NCBI RefSeq assembly: GCF_006345805.1
Contig: NC_043007.1
Span: 58,838,001 to 58,902,000, forward strand
DNA length: 64,000 nucleotides
Direction of reading: 5' to 3'
Source: Octopus sinensis
Lineage: Eukaryota
A program made the translations under genes and the position numbers. Of this stretch, positions 38,391-50,900 are shown in pieces. Every line of letters begins with the position of its first letter. Position 1 is the stretch's first letter. The notes below the pieces were generated by a model. The model saw nothing but the letters and a program-made list of their open reading frames with translations. It did no database searches and was not told where the DNA came from.

Positions 38391-38731
38391 AATAATATAA
38401 AATCACCCACACAACCACATATATAAAGTTCAACACATCATCATCATCTGTAATCTAAATATCCACATTTATAGAACACATCTAGAAGCAAACCAGAAAC
38501 AATCCATTAATGTTTAAGTCTTTAATAGCTACTTACTATTATTATTGCTGCATTTATTCGAGGAGAGGTGGTGGTGGTGGTGGGCATTAATTAATTTCCA
38601 ATTATTTAAAATACCATTTACTCATTTTTGGAATTTAGATCTGGGAAATTTTATTTATTTTGATAAATTTCTTTTTTTAACTTCTGTATGTTTTTGTTAA
38701 TGATTTTGTAATTTTCTTTACTGATTTAGAT

Positions 38732-38908
38732 ATGAAGTGGTTTATTTCCATTTGTGTATGTTTGTTTGCTCTCTGCTTGGCTGAAGCTGCAGACAAGAAA
38801 GAAGAGAGGAAAACGAAAAAATTGCAAATTGGAATAAAAAAGAGAGTTGATCCAGACAAATGCAAGGTGAAATCAAAAAAAGGCGATGTGTTAAAGATGC
38901 ATTATAGT
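38732..38908 (+). CDS. FKBP2: FKBP2 coding exon 1 (signal peptide; [59 protein letters not shown])
   Basis: Hydrophobic leader followed by [20 protein letters not shown], typical of FKBP2/FKBP13; tttag acceptor at 38728-38729; gtaagt donor. Confidence 0.96.
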
Positions 38909-38934
38909 GTAAGTTAGCAATAGTGTTTCTTACA

Positions 38935-39235
38935 TTTGATAGAAGGATAATTATATATTTGTTGGCAGAATTATAGTTATTTATTTGACAGAAGGATAAT
39001 AGTTATTTATTTGACGTAAGGATCATTATTGTATATTCAATAGAAGGATCATTGTTATTTATTTGATGTAAGGATCATTATTGTATATTCAATAGAAGGA
39101 TCATTGTTATTTATTTGATGGAAGGATTATTGTTATTTACTTGACAGGACAACCATCATTATATATTTGATAAAAGTATCATCATATTTTTGACAGAAGA
39201 ATTGTCATTATATATTTGACAGAAGGAGCATCATT
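38935..39235 (+). repeat. 26-bp minisatellite with a 52-bp dimeric higher-order unit, in FKBP2 intron 2
   Basis: Unit resembles gttatttatttgacagaaggatcatt; 39002-39053 recurs almost exactly at 39054. Confidence 0.85.
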
Positions 39236-39602
39236 ATAATCAACAGGAAACATTTTTGATGAGTATTTTAACAACTCATTTGTTAGGGGATTTCTGTCAT
39301 TTGATGAGGATTCAGTTGTTCAATTAACTGAATTACTAACTCTTCAATTAATGTGTAAGTGACTGAGCAGTCCACAGAGACATGTACCCTTAACATAATT
39401 TTCAGGTAGAACTAGTTTGAAAAATACAGAAATTCAGAATAAACACTGATTAATCCAAAACTTGAATATCTGATTTTATAATGTCTTTACTTGATAAACT
39501 AAAACTTTGTATATGCATTTCTAATCCATTTTGTTGTTCATGAATTTTTCAAGAATTATATTGTTCTTTATGTATTTTTTTCTGCATCTTCATATGTTTT
39601 AG

Positions 39603-39715
39603 GGCAAGCTTGAAGATGGTACTGAATTTGATAGCAGCTATTCAAGAAATGAACCATTTGTATTTACATTGGGTGCTGGTCAAGTGATAAAAGGCTGGGA
39701 TCAAGGTCTTCTGGG
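39603..39715 (+). CDS. FKBP2: FKBP2 coding exon 2 ([38 protein letters not shown])
   Basis: Canonical FKBP-domain motif; ag/gtgag boundaries; phase 0 to 2. Confidence 0.97.
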
Positions 39716-40079
39716 GTGAGTAGTTGTTTTTTTAATTTCAGATTTATTATTTTGAGCTTCATTGCATGTAAAAATAGGTTATTCAAGAAAGTTTTTTTTA
39801 TTCAGTTGTAATTACAATTTTAAATATAGTTTATGAGAATTAAATTTCTGATATTCTGTTTTTTTGCCTATCCTCACCTATGGTCATGAATGTTGGGTAA
39901 TGCCTGAAAGAGTATGATTGTGAATAAAAGTGGCCAAAATAAGGATCTCTCGGTGCATAACCTGAAGATCAAGGAGTCTCTCCAGGCTGAGCCACTACTC
40001 TTTCATATTGAGAAGGTACAGCTCCAATACTATGAACATGTAATTAGAATGTTACAGGAAAGAATCACAACACATTTTT

Positions 40080-41324
40080 CCCATTTTTTTTATGACATCT
40101 TGTTTACTCTTTTTTTCTTTATTCCAACGTCTTGTCATTTTGGTTTTACAGCGCACTTTTATGTGTCCAATTTTTCTACAATGGAAACATTCCACTTTCT
40201 TAAATGGGTAGTTTTTTCTCTGGTGTAGACCTCTACATGCAAAATATGGGTTTGTTTCCTGACTTTTGTCCTGTTTGTACTGTATTTTAATACACACTTG
40301 ATTGCTATTCTGCCTGTTTTGTATTTTCCAACGCATTTGTTTCACTTGGGAGCAACCTTTATGTTCAATTTTCTCTCTGTTGTGCCTTAGATTTACTATT
40401 CTTTCACACTCTTCTGACACTTGTTGTAAGGTTACATCTTGGTTTTGTTCCAGCTTAGTGAGAATTCTTATTCTTACTTCTGTGTCTTTTTCTGCAGTTA
40501 GTCCCTGAGTAAATATCAGGTACTTGAACATGTCTGGCATTAACTCATCCAGTTTGAACTTTTCACATTCTCTGTTAACTCTACCAGCATATGTGATGTA
40601 GTCCTCCTCGTTCTTTTCTAGGTTCAAACATTTCCAGTGTGTTTTGAACAATAAGCTTTTCTCGTTAAAAAAGTTTATACAATATATCTATTGTATTTCT
40701 AAAGTTTATTTATGTCAAGTTTTTTCAGGAGTACATAATTGCTGTAATGCTCATGTTCTCCTGCTGCCAGTTTTCATAGGATTAGATGCATTTTCATATT
40801 GTTGTCCCCATCTTTGCACTCTTTATTGAAAATCTGTTTGTATCTTCTATAGTATGCCTCAAAGGTAACTCCTTTGTCTGATTTATACTTAAATCCCATT
40901 ATTGAGTTTGCAACATAATCTAGTGAGAACATCTTTTCAGCATTTTTGGATGACTTACTATTCATTAATTGCAGCATTTGTTGTAATAGTAATTTTTGTT
41001 GTTGCTGTTTTTGCAACTTGAGCAAACTGGCCAACAATTCTTGCATAATTTTACAATTTTGTATATTGTAAAATTCATGCAAAAAACTTTTGTGTGTTTT
41101 GTGACTTCTTGTGAGTTTGTTTAATCCTCATGAGTTTGTTAATTTCACATCGTCACTGTTGTAATCCAATGTCGGACTGTTATAACATCCATTCCAGTAT
41201 AGCAGGTATAGTTAGTTAGACAAGTAAAGACATGACTATCTATGACCGACTTCCCACATCACAGTATTTGTAACGACTAACACATACCACTCAGGGGTGT
41301 TCCATTATTATTATCCCCATAACA
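40080..41324 (-). mobile_element. Ty3/Gypsy remnant: one 168-bp LTR (41157-41324, TGTT...AACA), degenerate PBS and disrupted gag with a CCHC knuckle
   Basis: gag-like ORFs 40774-41082 and 40052-40651 ending in CFHCRKIGHIKVRC; no pol or second LTR found. Confidence 0.85.
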
Positions 41325-41459
41325 GTGTGACACTAATATGTTTATATTATATAATGATTTTATCTAAAATGAATAATCAACATATTGGTATTTTAATAAC
41401 TGATTGAATATGTGATCAAGTTGTAAAATCATACAGCATCTAAAAGTTTACAAAGTTTG

Positions 41460-41830
41460 TCTTTTATCTGTTACTTGTTTCAGTCATTGGTCTGTTGTGT
41501 TGGGGCACAACTTTGAACAAATTGACTCCACTACCTAGTTGTTAAAAGTTTGGTACTTATTCTATCAGTCTCTTTTACTGAGATCACAAAGTTATGATTA
41601 TGTGAACAAACCTACACCAGTTATCAAGCAGTGCTTGTGGGCATATGCAAACACAAAGACACACATACATGCACACACACACGTGCATGTGATGGGCTTC
41701 CACACAGTTTTTATCAAGCAAATTTGCTCACAAGGCATTGGTCAGCCCAGGACTAAAGTAAAAGATACTTGCCCAAGATGCCAGGCAGTAGAACTGAACC
41801 TGAAACCGTCTGGTTGCAAAGCAAGCTTCA
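41460..41830 (-). mobile_element. SINE family A copy
   Basis: Colinear with 30395-30792. Confidence 0.82.
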
Positions 41831-42307
41831 GTAGCTATTCTCACTAAGTATGATGACTTTAACTTCCTGATGCCAATACCATGAAAAGATAAATAGAATT
41901 CCATTATAATTTTTTCGTTTTTCTTAATTTCTTTTTTGTTTTTATTACATGAATAAATTGTAAATATACTTTGTTATGCAGTTTTTCTTAATTAAAAATA
42001 AAATTAAACCAGGCTACTAATAAGAACAAGGATAATGAATGACCATGGAATTGCACCTAGAAAGTTCCCCTCTGAGGCACAAGTCTTGAGAATTTACATT
42101 ATATTATGATCTTGATTCACCAGAGGTTTCTCTCCAGTCCACATCACTAATACTAACGATACTAATTTTTAAAAAGATTCACTGAATATCAAATACGACT
42201 AGTGTAATATCTTCTATTCACACCCAGAATCTCATATTTTGGGAAGACTTGCATCAAATTGTATCAAAATATATTTCTTTAATAATGTATTATTGGAATA
42301 TTTTCAG

Positions 42308-42390
42308 AATGTGTGAACAAGAGAAAAGGAAACTAGTAATACCTCCAGATATGGGCTATGGATCAAGAGGAGCACCTCCTAAAATTCCAG
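42308..42390 (+). CDS. FKBP2: FKBP2 coding exon 3 ([27 protein letters not shown])
   Basis: FKBP motif; ttttcag acceptor; gttggt donor; phase 2 to 1. Confidence 0.96.
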
Positions 42391-44317
42391 GTTGGTTTAT
42401 TGTTCTGTATTAAATTACATTTACTTGTTCAATGTAGTAGCAAAATGGTATAGTAAGCTGCCACTTTTGGCTTATTAGTTTCAAATATTCCTGAGGTATT
42501 CGATGTATTTCTAGGGAAGACACTTTACCTGACTGTTGAGAGAATATGTCAAACTTTATTATTTTGTTTTACAAAAAAATGTGTTGGGCTGGTTCCCTAT
42601 TGATAGAGATTTTTAATTATGTAAGGTCAAAGCAATTTATATTTATTGTTTCTGTGAAAAGGAGACAGATAATCAGTTTTCTTACAATTAGATTTTTAAC
42701 ATTTATCCTTTTTGCTGAATGATTGGCAACAGGATGAACAACCAATGCAGAAAATCTGCCTTGTTGAATTCCATCTGACTCTTAAAAACATGGAAAAACA
42801 TGTTAAAATAATGATGATGATGGTTAGTTTTATTAAACTGAAAGATTAACATTGTTCATCCTCATTATTATCATTCTTTAAAGTTCATTTTCCATGCTGG
42901 CATAGGTTGGACGGTTTGACCAGAGCTGCCAAGCTGGTGAGCTGCACCAGGTTCCAGTCTGATTTGGCTTGGTTTCTACAGCCAGATGTTCTTCCTAACA
43001 CCAATCACTTTACAGTGTATGCTGAGTGCTTTTAACACGACACTGGCACAAATGCTTTTTATGTATCACCAGAGGATGTGGCCTTAACATTTCTGCTGTG
43101 GTGGACAGTTCTTTTTGAGTACAGCAAGGCACCAGGTATCTTGGTCCTATCTTTAAGCAAGTTACATAGTTTTATTATATGTTTAATATTGACTTAAAAA
43201 GGTTTCAAAGTTTGGTACAAGATTAGCAATTTTAGTGGGAAGGGGTTAGTGGATTACATCACCCCCTCACACACACACATAGACACATCAGTATTTTATC
43301 AATCTTGAAAAGATGAAAGACAAAGTTAAACTCAGTTGGATTTGAACTCAGAATATGAAAGAGCCAGAAAAAAATTTTGTTCAATGTACCAAGAATTCAA
43401 CCAACTTGCTGCCTTATATTGATTTATAAACAAAATAACAGCTTATCATACATTTTATCTTAGAGAAGTTCTTATTTCCTGAACTCATTTGAAGTTTGAT
43501 TCCTCATTCTGTTTATGTAGGGTAAAAGAATTGTCATTTTAATGTCCACTTTCCATACATGCATAACATAGGCCAGACAGAATTTATTTGCTGAGGCTGA
43601 TGTATTTTCTTTGGCTAGATGCCCTTCCTTATCACCAATCTTCACCTGTTTCCTAGCAAGATTATATTTAATCATGGACAGACATCTTTTCACGGAATAT
43701 TGGAAATGAATAAAACTGCCTGTATGACAGTGACACTCATTTACAACTATTGCATGATGTCAAGACAAGAAGGTAGAAACACATGCACTGCTCATATCTA
43801 TCTATATTAGCTTTTTTCAGATTACATCAACTAAATCCACTCACAATGCTTTGGACAGTTTGGGGCCATTATTTTATGACATTATTAAATTCCACCAGCT
43901 TTCTGCCTTGTATATTTTGTAATATAGTTACAGGGAATAAAGCAGCAGAATCTTGAGTCCTTTACAGATTATTACACCCTGTCAATACCCAAACACTTTG
44001 TTAATAAAAAAAATAATCTTTTATGTTAAGCTTGCATGGCATAGGAACTAATGCACCAAGATGTAAAGGAAATATAAGTTCAATTACCACTAAATGCCCT
44101 TTTCCATGTGTCCTTTATGTCCACATTATTTATACATAAAATATTGTACATTTACCCTCAGGAAATTCAGTTAAATGCAAATCTATATAAATAATAGTGA
44201 ATAATGTTGTGAATGGAGTAATATTGTTGTGTCATTAATAAATAGCAGTTTTTTTTCTTGTATTCAAATGTGATGAAAGTAATCTGAACTGAATCTAATG
44301 TGTTGTTTTTTTTCCAG

Positions 44318-44379
44318 GGGATGCTGTTTTAATATTTGAAGTGGAACTCATTAAAATTGACAAAAAAGAAGAACTTTAA
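44318..44379 (+). CDS. FKBP2: FKBP2 last coding exon (GDAVLIFEVELIKIDKKEEL*), with KEEL ER-retention signal
   Basis: tttccag acceptor; FEVEL motif; TAA at 44377-44379; total CDS 435 nt = 144 aa. Confidence 0.97.
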
Positions 44380-45014
44380 ACAAAGACTTCAAGCCATTTA
44401 TACTCATTTCATAAAGCAATCTTTTTCTTTATACACACACACAAGCACACGTGTACATGCATAGATATAAATGGAGACTTTACTCAAACGCCATCAATTT
44501 TTTTCTAGATATTTTTTCTGATATTAAAACTAAAATAATATATCTGATTATGATTTATTATTGGAGAGTAGCAGAAAGGTAGAATTAGTAGAGCATCAAA
44601 AGAAAATAACATGGGATATTTAAAAAAAGGAAATTCCTATGGTTTAGATGAAGGAAGGGCAGTACCCATAACATTTTACTGGATCTTTGAGAATGTCTGT
44701 TTGGCAGAGAAGGAAGAACCCACCACTTCTCAGACCAAAGATCTGGTTCAAATGCTTGCAACAGAGTGGACTCTGCTAAATGCTACTAAGAGTCAGGCAA
44801 TTTACCACCCAAGTAAGTTATAAGCTTTGCGTTCAAATCAGTTGACTTCCCCCCCCACTCTTCTTTATAAAATAAGTACATGTCAATTAGCTACTGAGAT
44901 TAGTCTAATTGCTTACACTCTCCCCAAAATTCATGGCCTTATGCCTAAATTAGAAATTATTATTATTATTATTGGTCTTGTGCCAAAAATTGAAACCAGT
45001 ATTATTATTATTAT

Positions 45015-45375
45015 TAAACTCAAGTTTGGTCTTATTCTGAGTAGAATGTATGTAGATAGTAGGTTACTTCCTGTAACCTTAGATATATACAAACTATCAA
45101 TAACCTTTCAAGTGCCTAAAACCCTTCTGATAATCTTTCCTGTTCCTAAGAGGCAATCTTTCTGTAAACACTCTACAGGACATCCATTCCAATCTCTTTC
45201 AACCATTTGTCTATATCATTACTTACAGTCCCTAATACATCAATTATTACAGGCATAACCTTTACAGATTTCATATTCCAAATTCTCTCAATTTCAAATT
45301 TTAAGGAATTATATTTTTTTAATTTTGCATCTTCTTTCTTTACAATCCTGGAATCAGACAGACATGATAGACCAA
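45015..45375 (-). mobile_element. R4/Dong-like non-LTR retrotransposon 3' end (REL endonuclease C-terminus) with a (TAA)n flank
   Basis: Manual translation: DSRIVKKEDAKLKKYNSLKFEIERIWNMKSVKVMPVIIDVLGTV...WLKEIGMD/PVECLQKDCLLGTGKIIRRVLGT*. Confidence 0.75.
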
Positions 45376-45510
45376 GTAGTAAGCACTATTATTGTTATAT
45401 CTTATTTTTATTTTTTTATCCATTTGAACTGGAAAATCCTATAAAAATCTTGCATTTCTCCAACTCAAAGTGCTCATTCAACCCAACTTCAAATCCCCAT
45501 TATTACTATT

Positions 45511-45750
45511 AAGGTAGTAAGCTGGCAGAATTGTTAGCATGCCAGGTGAAATCCTTAGAGGTATTTCATCTGCCACTACATTCTGAGTTAAAATTCCACT
45601 GAGGTCAACTTTGCCTATCATCCTTTTGTTGGGTGGGGGTGGAGAGTTGATAAATTAAGTACCAGTGATGTACTGGGGTTGATGTAATCAACTAATCATC
45701 TTCCTGCAAATTTTAGGTCTTGTGCCTTTAGTAGAAAGGCTTATTAATAT
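45511..45750 (+). mobile_element. SINE family B (gagctggcagaa...gttcaaattcc...); other copies near 1700-1900, 18805-18990, 20195-20330, 43200-43420, 51290-51580, 56030-56420, 60041-60220
   Basis: Recurrent tRNA-like head and ...gtcgactttgcctttcatcc...aagtaccag body. Confidence 0.82.
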
Positions 45751-46309
45751 TATGACAGTGAGCTAGCAGAATTGTTACTGCATCAAACTAATTTAGAATA
45801 AATGTGTTTTGGCTTTACATTGGAGTGCAAATGCCACCAAAGTCAACTTCACTTTTTATCCTTTTGGTCTTGATAAATAACAGTTGAGCATTGAGTGAAT
45901 GTAATTGACTTACCCCTCCCCACAATATTTCAGGCCTTGTGCCTATATTAGAAAGGGTCATTATTAGTGCAGTGGAATAATACAAATGGTTGACCACCTG
46001 ATGAAATGTCTTGGACATTGAATGAGAGAAACTGTTGATTATCAGACAAAATGTAACACTTTATTGAATATCTTTTATGTTCTGAGTTCATATTTCACAA
46101 AAAAAAAGAAAAATAATACCAGTAATATATTGGTACTGAGTCTATGTGACATGATAATAAATCATTATTATTGAACCTATGGTGGTGGAGAGACAGGATC
46201 AAGAGCAATGAAAAGTAAGGAACTTAGTTACATCCCTTTACATTCTCAGTGCAAATCTTGAAGTTCTCTTTGCTGTTCACCCTTTTAGGGTGGTTACTGG
46301 CATTCTGTT

Positions 46310-46605
46310 GGTTATGATGACAAGTGTTTCAGTTGGTCTGATCAACAGAACAGCCTGCTTGTGAAATTAACGTATAAGTGGCTGAGCACTCCACAGACAT
46401 GCATACCCCTAACATAGTTCTCAAGGAGATTCAGTATGACTATGACAAGGCTGGCCTTTTGAAATACAACTCATTTTTGCCAACTGACAGAAGTGAAGCA
46501 ACGTCAAAGTGTTTTGTTCAAGGACACAACGCATCACCGGGAATTGAACCCACGACCTTATGATCATAAGCTAAATACCCAAACCATTAAGCCATGCACC
46601 TTCAC
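46310..46605 (-). mobile_element. SINE family D; fragments also near 39355 and 56810-56950
   Basis: tRNA-like head on the minus strand (gcatggcttaatgg...ggttcaattcccgg). Confidence 0.65.
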
Positions 46606-47489
46606 TGGGGGTGGGTGATTAACCCTTTAGCATTTAAACTGACCATATCCAGCCCAAATATTCTACCTGTTTTATGTTCAAACAGGCCAGATCTGGCCTC
46701 TCATATCTACCTTACAATGTCATTCTAAAAATAGACTTTCACACCATTGCAATCTTGAAGTTACAAGATAAATTCAAAACAATATGAATAAATAAGCGTA
46801 AAATTTGTCAGAGTAATCTGAAAGCTAAAGAGTTAAACTAAGTATCAATCAATCAAATTCTGGGTTTGATATAAACTTTAATCCTCTCCTAAAAATTTCT
46901 GGCCTTCTACTCAAGTTAGAAATTGGCCAATCTCAAACCGCTGAACTCTACGAAGGAGATGACAGAGGACCAAGATATATGATGCAATACTGTACTCAAG
47001 AAAACCTGTCCACCACAACAGAATTGAGACCCTAAAACCAAGGTGCCATGAAAAATGCATTGGTGTAGGTGCTGGTACCACTTCTAAAGCACAGGTGATG
47101 ATGCCACACTGTGTGGAGTGATTGGCATCCAACTATAGAAGCCAAACTGTTATGGAATCTGGTGTAGGCCCTGGCCTTATCAGCTCCTGTGAAGCTGTCC
47201 AACCCATGCCAGCATAGAAAACAGATGTTAAATAATGATGATGATGGCAGCAACACTGGACTAAATACCTTGCAGTATTTAGTTGAGTTCAAATCACATT
47301 GAAGTCAACTCTGAGAGTACCAAGTTGATTCACTTGAGTAATAGCCCTTAGAAATGTGTAACTTTCTGCCAGACAATAATAGATAGCTGCTCTTACAGTA
47401 TTTAGTTTTCTCTCTTTGCTTTTTATCCTTTGAAGATAAGTAAAACAAATATTTCAATTTTTATTACTCTAAGGCCTCACTGTTGTTTA

Positions 47490-48110
47490 ACCCCCAGGTC
47501 AGTTCTGATCAAGCAGACCTATGGGCAAAGGCAATCCAGCATGACCAATCCATTATATTTTATAGAGGATCCTTAGATGCAGTAGATGATTTCTGTTACC
47601 TAGGCAATCTAATTAGCTCTGAAAGCATAATCACTAGAATAAGAACTGGCCGGAGAAAGTTCAGGGAGCTGTTACCCCTATTGGTAACAAAAGGCAGATT
47701 GTACGATGCTTGTGTATTGATAGTGAAACACAGACTAAATGTAGAGGACATACAAAGGTTAGAAAGAAATGAAGCTAGTATGCTCCGCCAGATGCACAAC
47801 ATCAGTGTGTATATACAACAAAGTGCAAATATGCTGACAGAAAAATTGAACATAAGCAGCATCAGATAGTGTGAAAGAGAGAAGACTGTACTGGTATAGT
47901 CATGTGATGAATATGGATGAGGGCAGCAACATAAAGAAGTGCCGATTTCTAAATGTGGACAGAACCTGTGAAAGAGGGAAACATGGTACAAAGGTATGAG
48001 AAAACCATACCAAAGTAGACAGTGGAACACAGTGCAGTCCTCTGGCTCACCAGCTCCTATCAAACCATCCGATCTATGCCAGCATGGATATTAAATGGTG
48101 ATGACAATGA
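47490..48110 (+). mobile_element. RTE-clade LINE 3' fragment
   Basis: DDFCYLG...RKFRELLPLL...RLERNEASMLR. Confidence 0.85.
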
Positions 48111-49289
48111 TGCCATGTTATTCCTTTTTAAAGACTGTAGGGTGTGATTTGAGAGATTTGGCTGCTATTTCTAGCAGATTTTGAAATAAGCATCCTTGAG
48201 TTATTACAATAGTAGAATTAAAAGAGAGACTTAAATACTGAATCAAATGCTTACTGTGATCTCACTGTGTGCCTCACACTTCTTAAAATCAGTTCCTGTG
48301 AGATTTGACTATCTTAAATCTCAGAACTGATAAATTCAATAATAGATGAGAGGATACAAATATGGTTAAAGAAGCTTAAAAGAAAGTCCCCATTAAATAT
48401 CTGAGTTGTTAGGATAGTTCTTCAGACATCTTTAGAAGTCAAAGAATTGTTAAAATTACATTTTGATGGACATCAGATGTTATATTTTTACATGTGCACA
48501 CGGCACTAGATGGGATTTACCTTGTGGATACAAGCATTTATATCCTTCGTCTAGAAATAATGGTTTGTAATTGGAAACTGTATGATGTATGTATCAAAGA
48601 ATAGGACACCTGGTGACAAATGCAAAATCAAAATATAAGGTAGACATAGATATTAAGCAATTTTCATCTCTAAAGACAAGCTAAATAATCTAAAAGGTTA
48701 TCTTAGCAAAATCTACATGCCAGTCATTTTATTGCATTTACTTTTGTGGGCAAGAAACAATTCTACTTTTTATTCTAGGAAGCAAGAAAAATATCTACCT
48801 GAAAGAAAGTACCAGCTTTCAAGCTAAACAGTTTTCAGTACATATCAGTTCACTAGGGGCACTGAACTGTATTTTTCTGGTCAAGAACAAGCACAAGAGG
48901 TCTGCTTGATCAGGTTAACTTAGAACTAAGCAACAACAATGGACAATCACCCAATGGAAGAAGAGAGTATGAAAAAACAGCAGAAATCGAAAACTGGTTG
49001 GTCAATAGAAAAATAAAAACAAAAATTAGTGTGACAAAATATAGAAGGATTAATGTCAGATGTGGAATAATAGGGAAAAGTTGTAGAGTAAATAACTTAA
49101 GTAAAACATAGCAAACAGTTTACTTGGCTCACTAAGTGTGAAGTTCTGTGAAGGTAAATATGGGGAGTTCTACTCAAAGAATAGATAGCTGAATGTGAAG
49201 TTGTTAACCAAAGAACAGATACCTAAATGTAAAGCTGTTGAAACATGGTTAGATCTATTAACCAAAGCGAATGAAGTAACTGGATTACT

Positions 49290-49700
49290 AAGAGAATACT
49301 GAGCAACTTTGCAGTCACAAAGTAGATGTTGATAATAATAATGTGCTAAAGCAATTAAGAAAGGCACTCCCGTTAAATATACAGAGCCAAAGGAAGTTAC
49401 AAAACTAAAATGCAATGAATCACCGGCTACTGATAACATAACTGCAGAACTATTAAAGTAGGGTGGTGAATTCATCAGATGCCTTGTAAAATTGTGTAAA
49501 TAGTGTTTTATGTACTGGAAAATAAGTCTCAGTAAAGGGAGATAATCAATTGTTATAACACTACTAGAGATGGAACCTTACCTGCCCAAAAGTTATTTTT
49601 TTTACTTATCCAAATTATAAATCAACTACAAAAATTATTGTGAAACAGAGGCTGGTTTTCAAGAATGGAGAAATGCTAACCCTAGAGCTATTCAGAAAGC
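49290..49700 (+). mobile_element. Old LINE RT N-terminal fragment
   Basis: KLKCNESPATDNITAELLK*GG resembles the KAPG.D.I..E.LK motif. Confidence 0.55.
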
Positions 49701-49994
49701 CTTATCTCTGTCATTCATGATTGACAGATTCTGGTAGATACACTGAACAAATATATGAACAGGTTCAGTAAGTATACTTTGGCTATCTTGGGTACCAAAC
49801 TCAACATTGGCCCAAAATCTGCGTATTGAGGATTTTACAGCTTAAACAATGTCATCCTAAAAATTGACACAACCAAGTTATTTCGTTATTTTCAGTGAAT
49901 AAAATACCCCCCATCCACCCAAACTTCAACAGCAGTATCAGAGAGAGATGAGCAACAGGTATCTCCTAACATAGCTTATTCAGTGAAATACCTT

Positions 49995-50173
49995 TATCTT
50001 TTGTTTCAGTCATCTTGACTGTAGCCATGCTGGAGCAGCACCACCCTTAGTCGAACAAATTGACCCCAGATCTTATTCTTTGTAAGCCTCGCACTTATTC
50101 TATTGGTCTCTTTTGCTGAACTGCTAAGTTATGGGGACATAAACACAGACACACATCTATATGTATGTACGTG

Positions 50174-50210
<37 letters not shown>

Positions 50211-50352
50211 AGCTTCTTTCAGTTTCCACTCGCAAGGTTTTGGTTGGCCCGAGGCTACAGTAGAAGACACCTGCCCAAGGTGCCATGAAGTGGAACTGAA
50301 CCTGGAACCATATGGTTGGTAAGCAAGCTATTCACCATACAGCCACTCCTTT
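49995..50352 (-). mobile_element. SINE family A copy
   Basis: Colinear with 30395-30792. Confidence 0.85.
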
Positions 50353-50364
50353 CTTTTGTCACTA

Positions 50365-50900
50365 AGACTGTGCAAAGGAGATTAGGAAGAGATGTCCTAG
50401 TTGCAGTATGTTTTAGAATGTAGAACATTATTATATGGAAAAAAGTTCTCCTTGAAGATGAAAGCAAGGGCTTATCGGAGTTGTGTGAGATCTGCAATGC
50501 TGTATGGGAGTGAGACATGGTGTCTGTGGGAAAGTGAAATGGCAATTTTGAGAAGACTGAGAAAGCTTTGGTGAGACCAGTGTGTGGCATGAAACTATTC
50601 GATAAAAGGAGGGTTGAGGACTTGATGGGGATGCTGGGGTTGGAGGAATTGGTGGAACAGCTGGCAAGGGCGAATAGAGTGCAGTGGTATGGAAATGTGT
50701 TGAGGAGGGATGAGGATCATGTTCTGAGGAGAGTACTTGAGTTTAGAGTGAATGAACCGCAAAAGCAAGGTTGACCAAAGAAAATGTGGAGGAGATTGGG
50801 AGGGTTGGCTTGAAGAGGGAGGTGTGCAAAACCGGGTGAGATTGTGTGAGAGCGGTTGCTGTAGGAGTGAGGTAGATCTACCCCCACCTTAATGGGGACA
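50365..50900 (+). mobile_element. RTE-clade LINE 3' fragment (second subfamily)
   Basis: LYGSETW...VRPVCGMKLFDKRR...VQWYGNVLRRDEDHVLRRVL. Confidence 0.85.

Noticed and set aside
38935-39235. CRISPR-like array
   Set aside because: Contiguous degenerate units without unique spacers in eukaryotic intronic DNA; it is a minisatellite.
45991-46040. Third hammerhead-like string (CTGATGA-AATGTC-TTG-GACATT-GAAT)
   Set aside because: Stem II is perfect, but GAAA is GAAT and there is no stem III palindrome, cleavage triplet or stem I partner; at most a dead relic.
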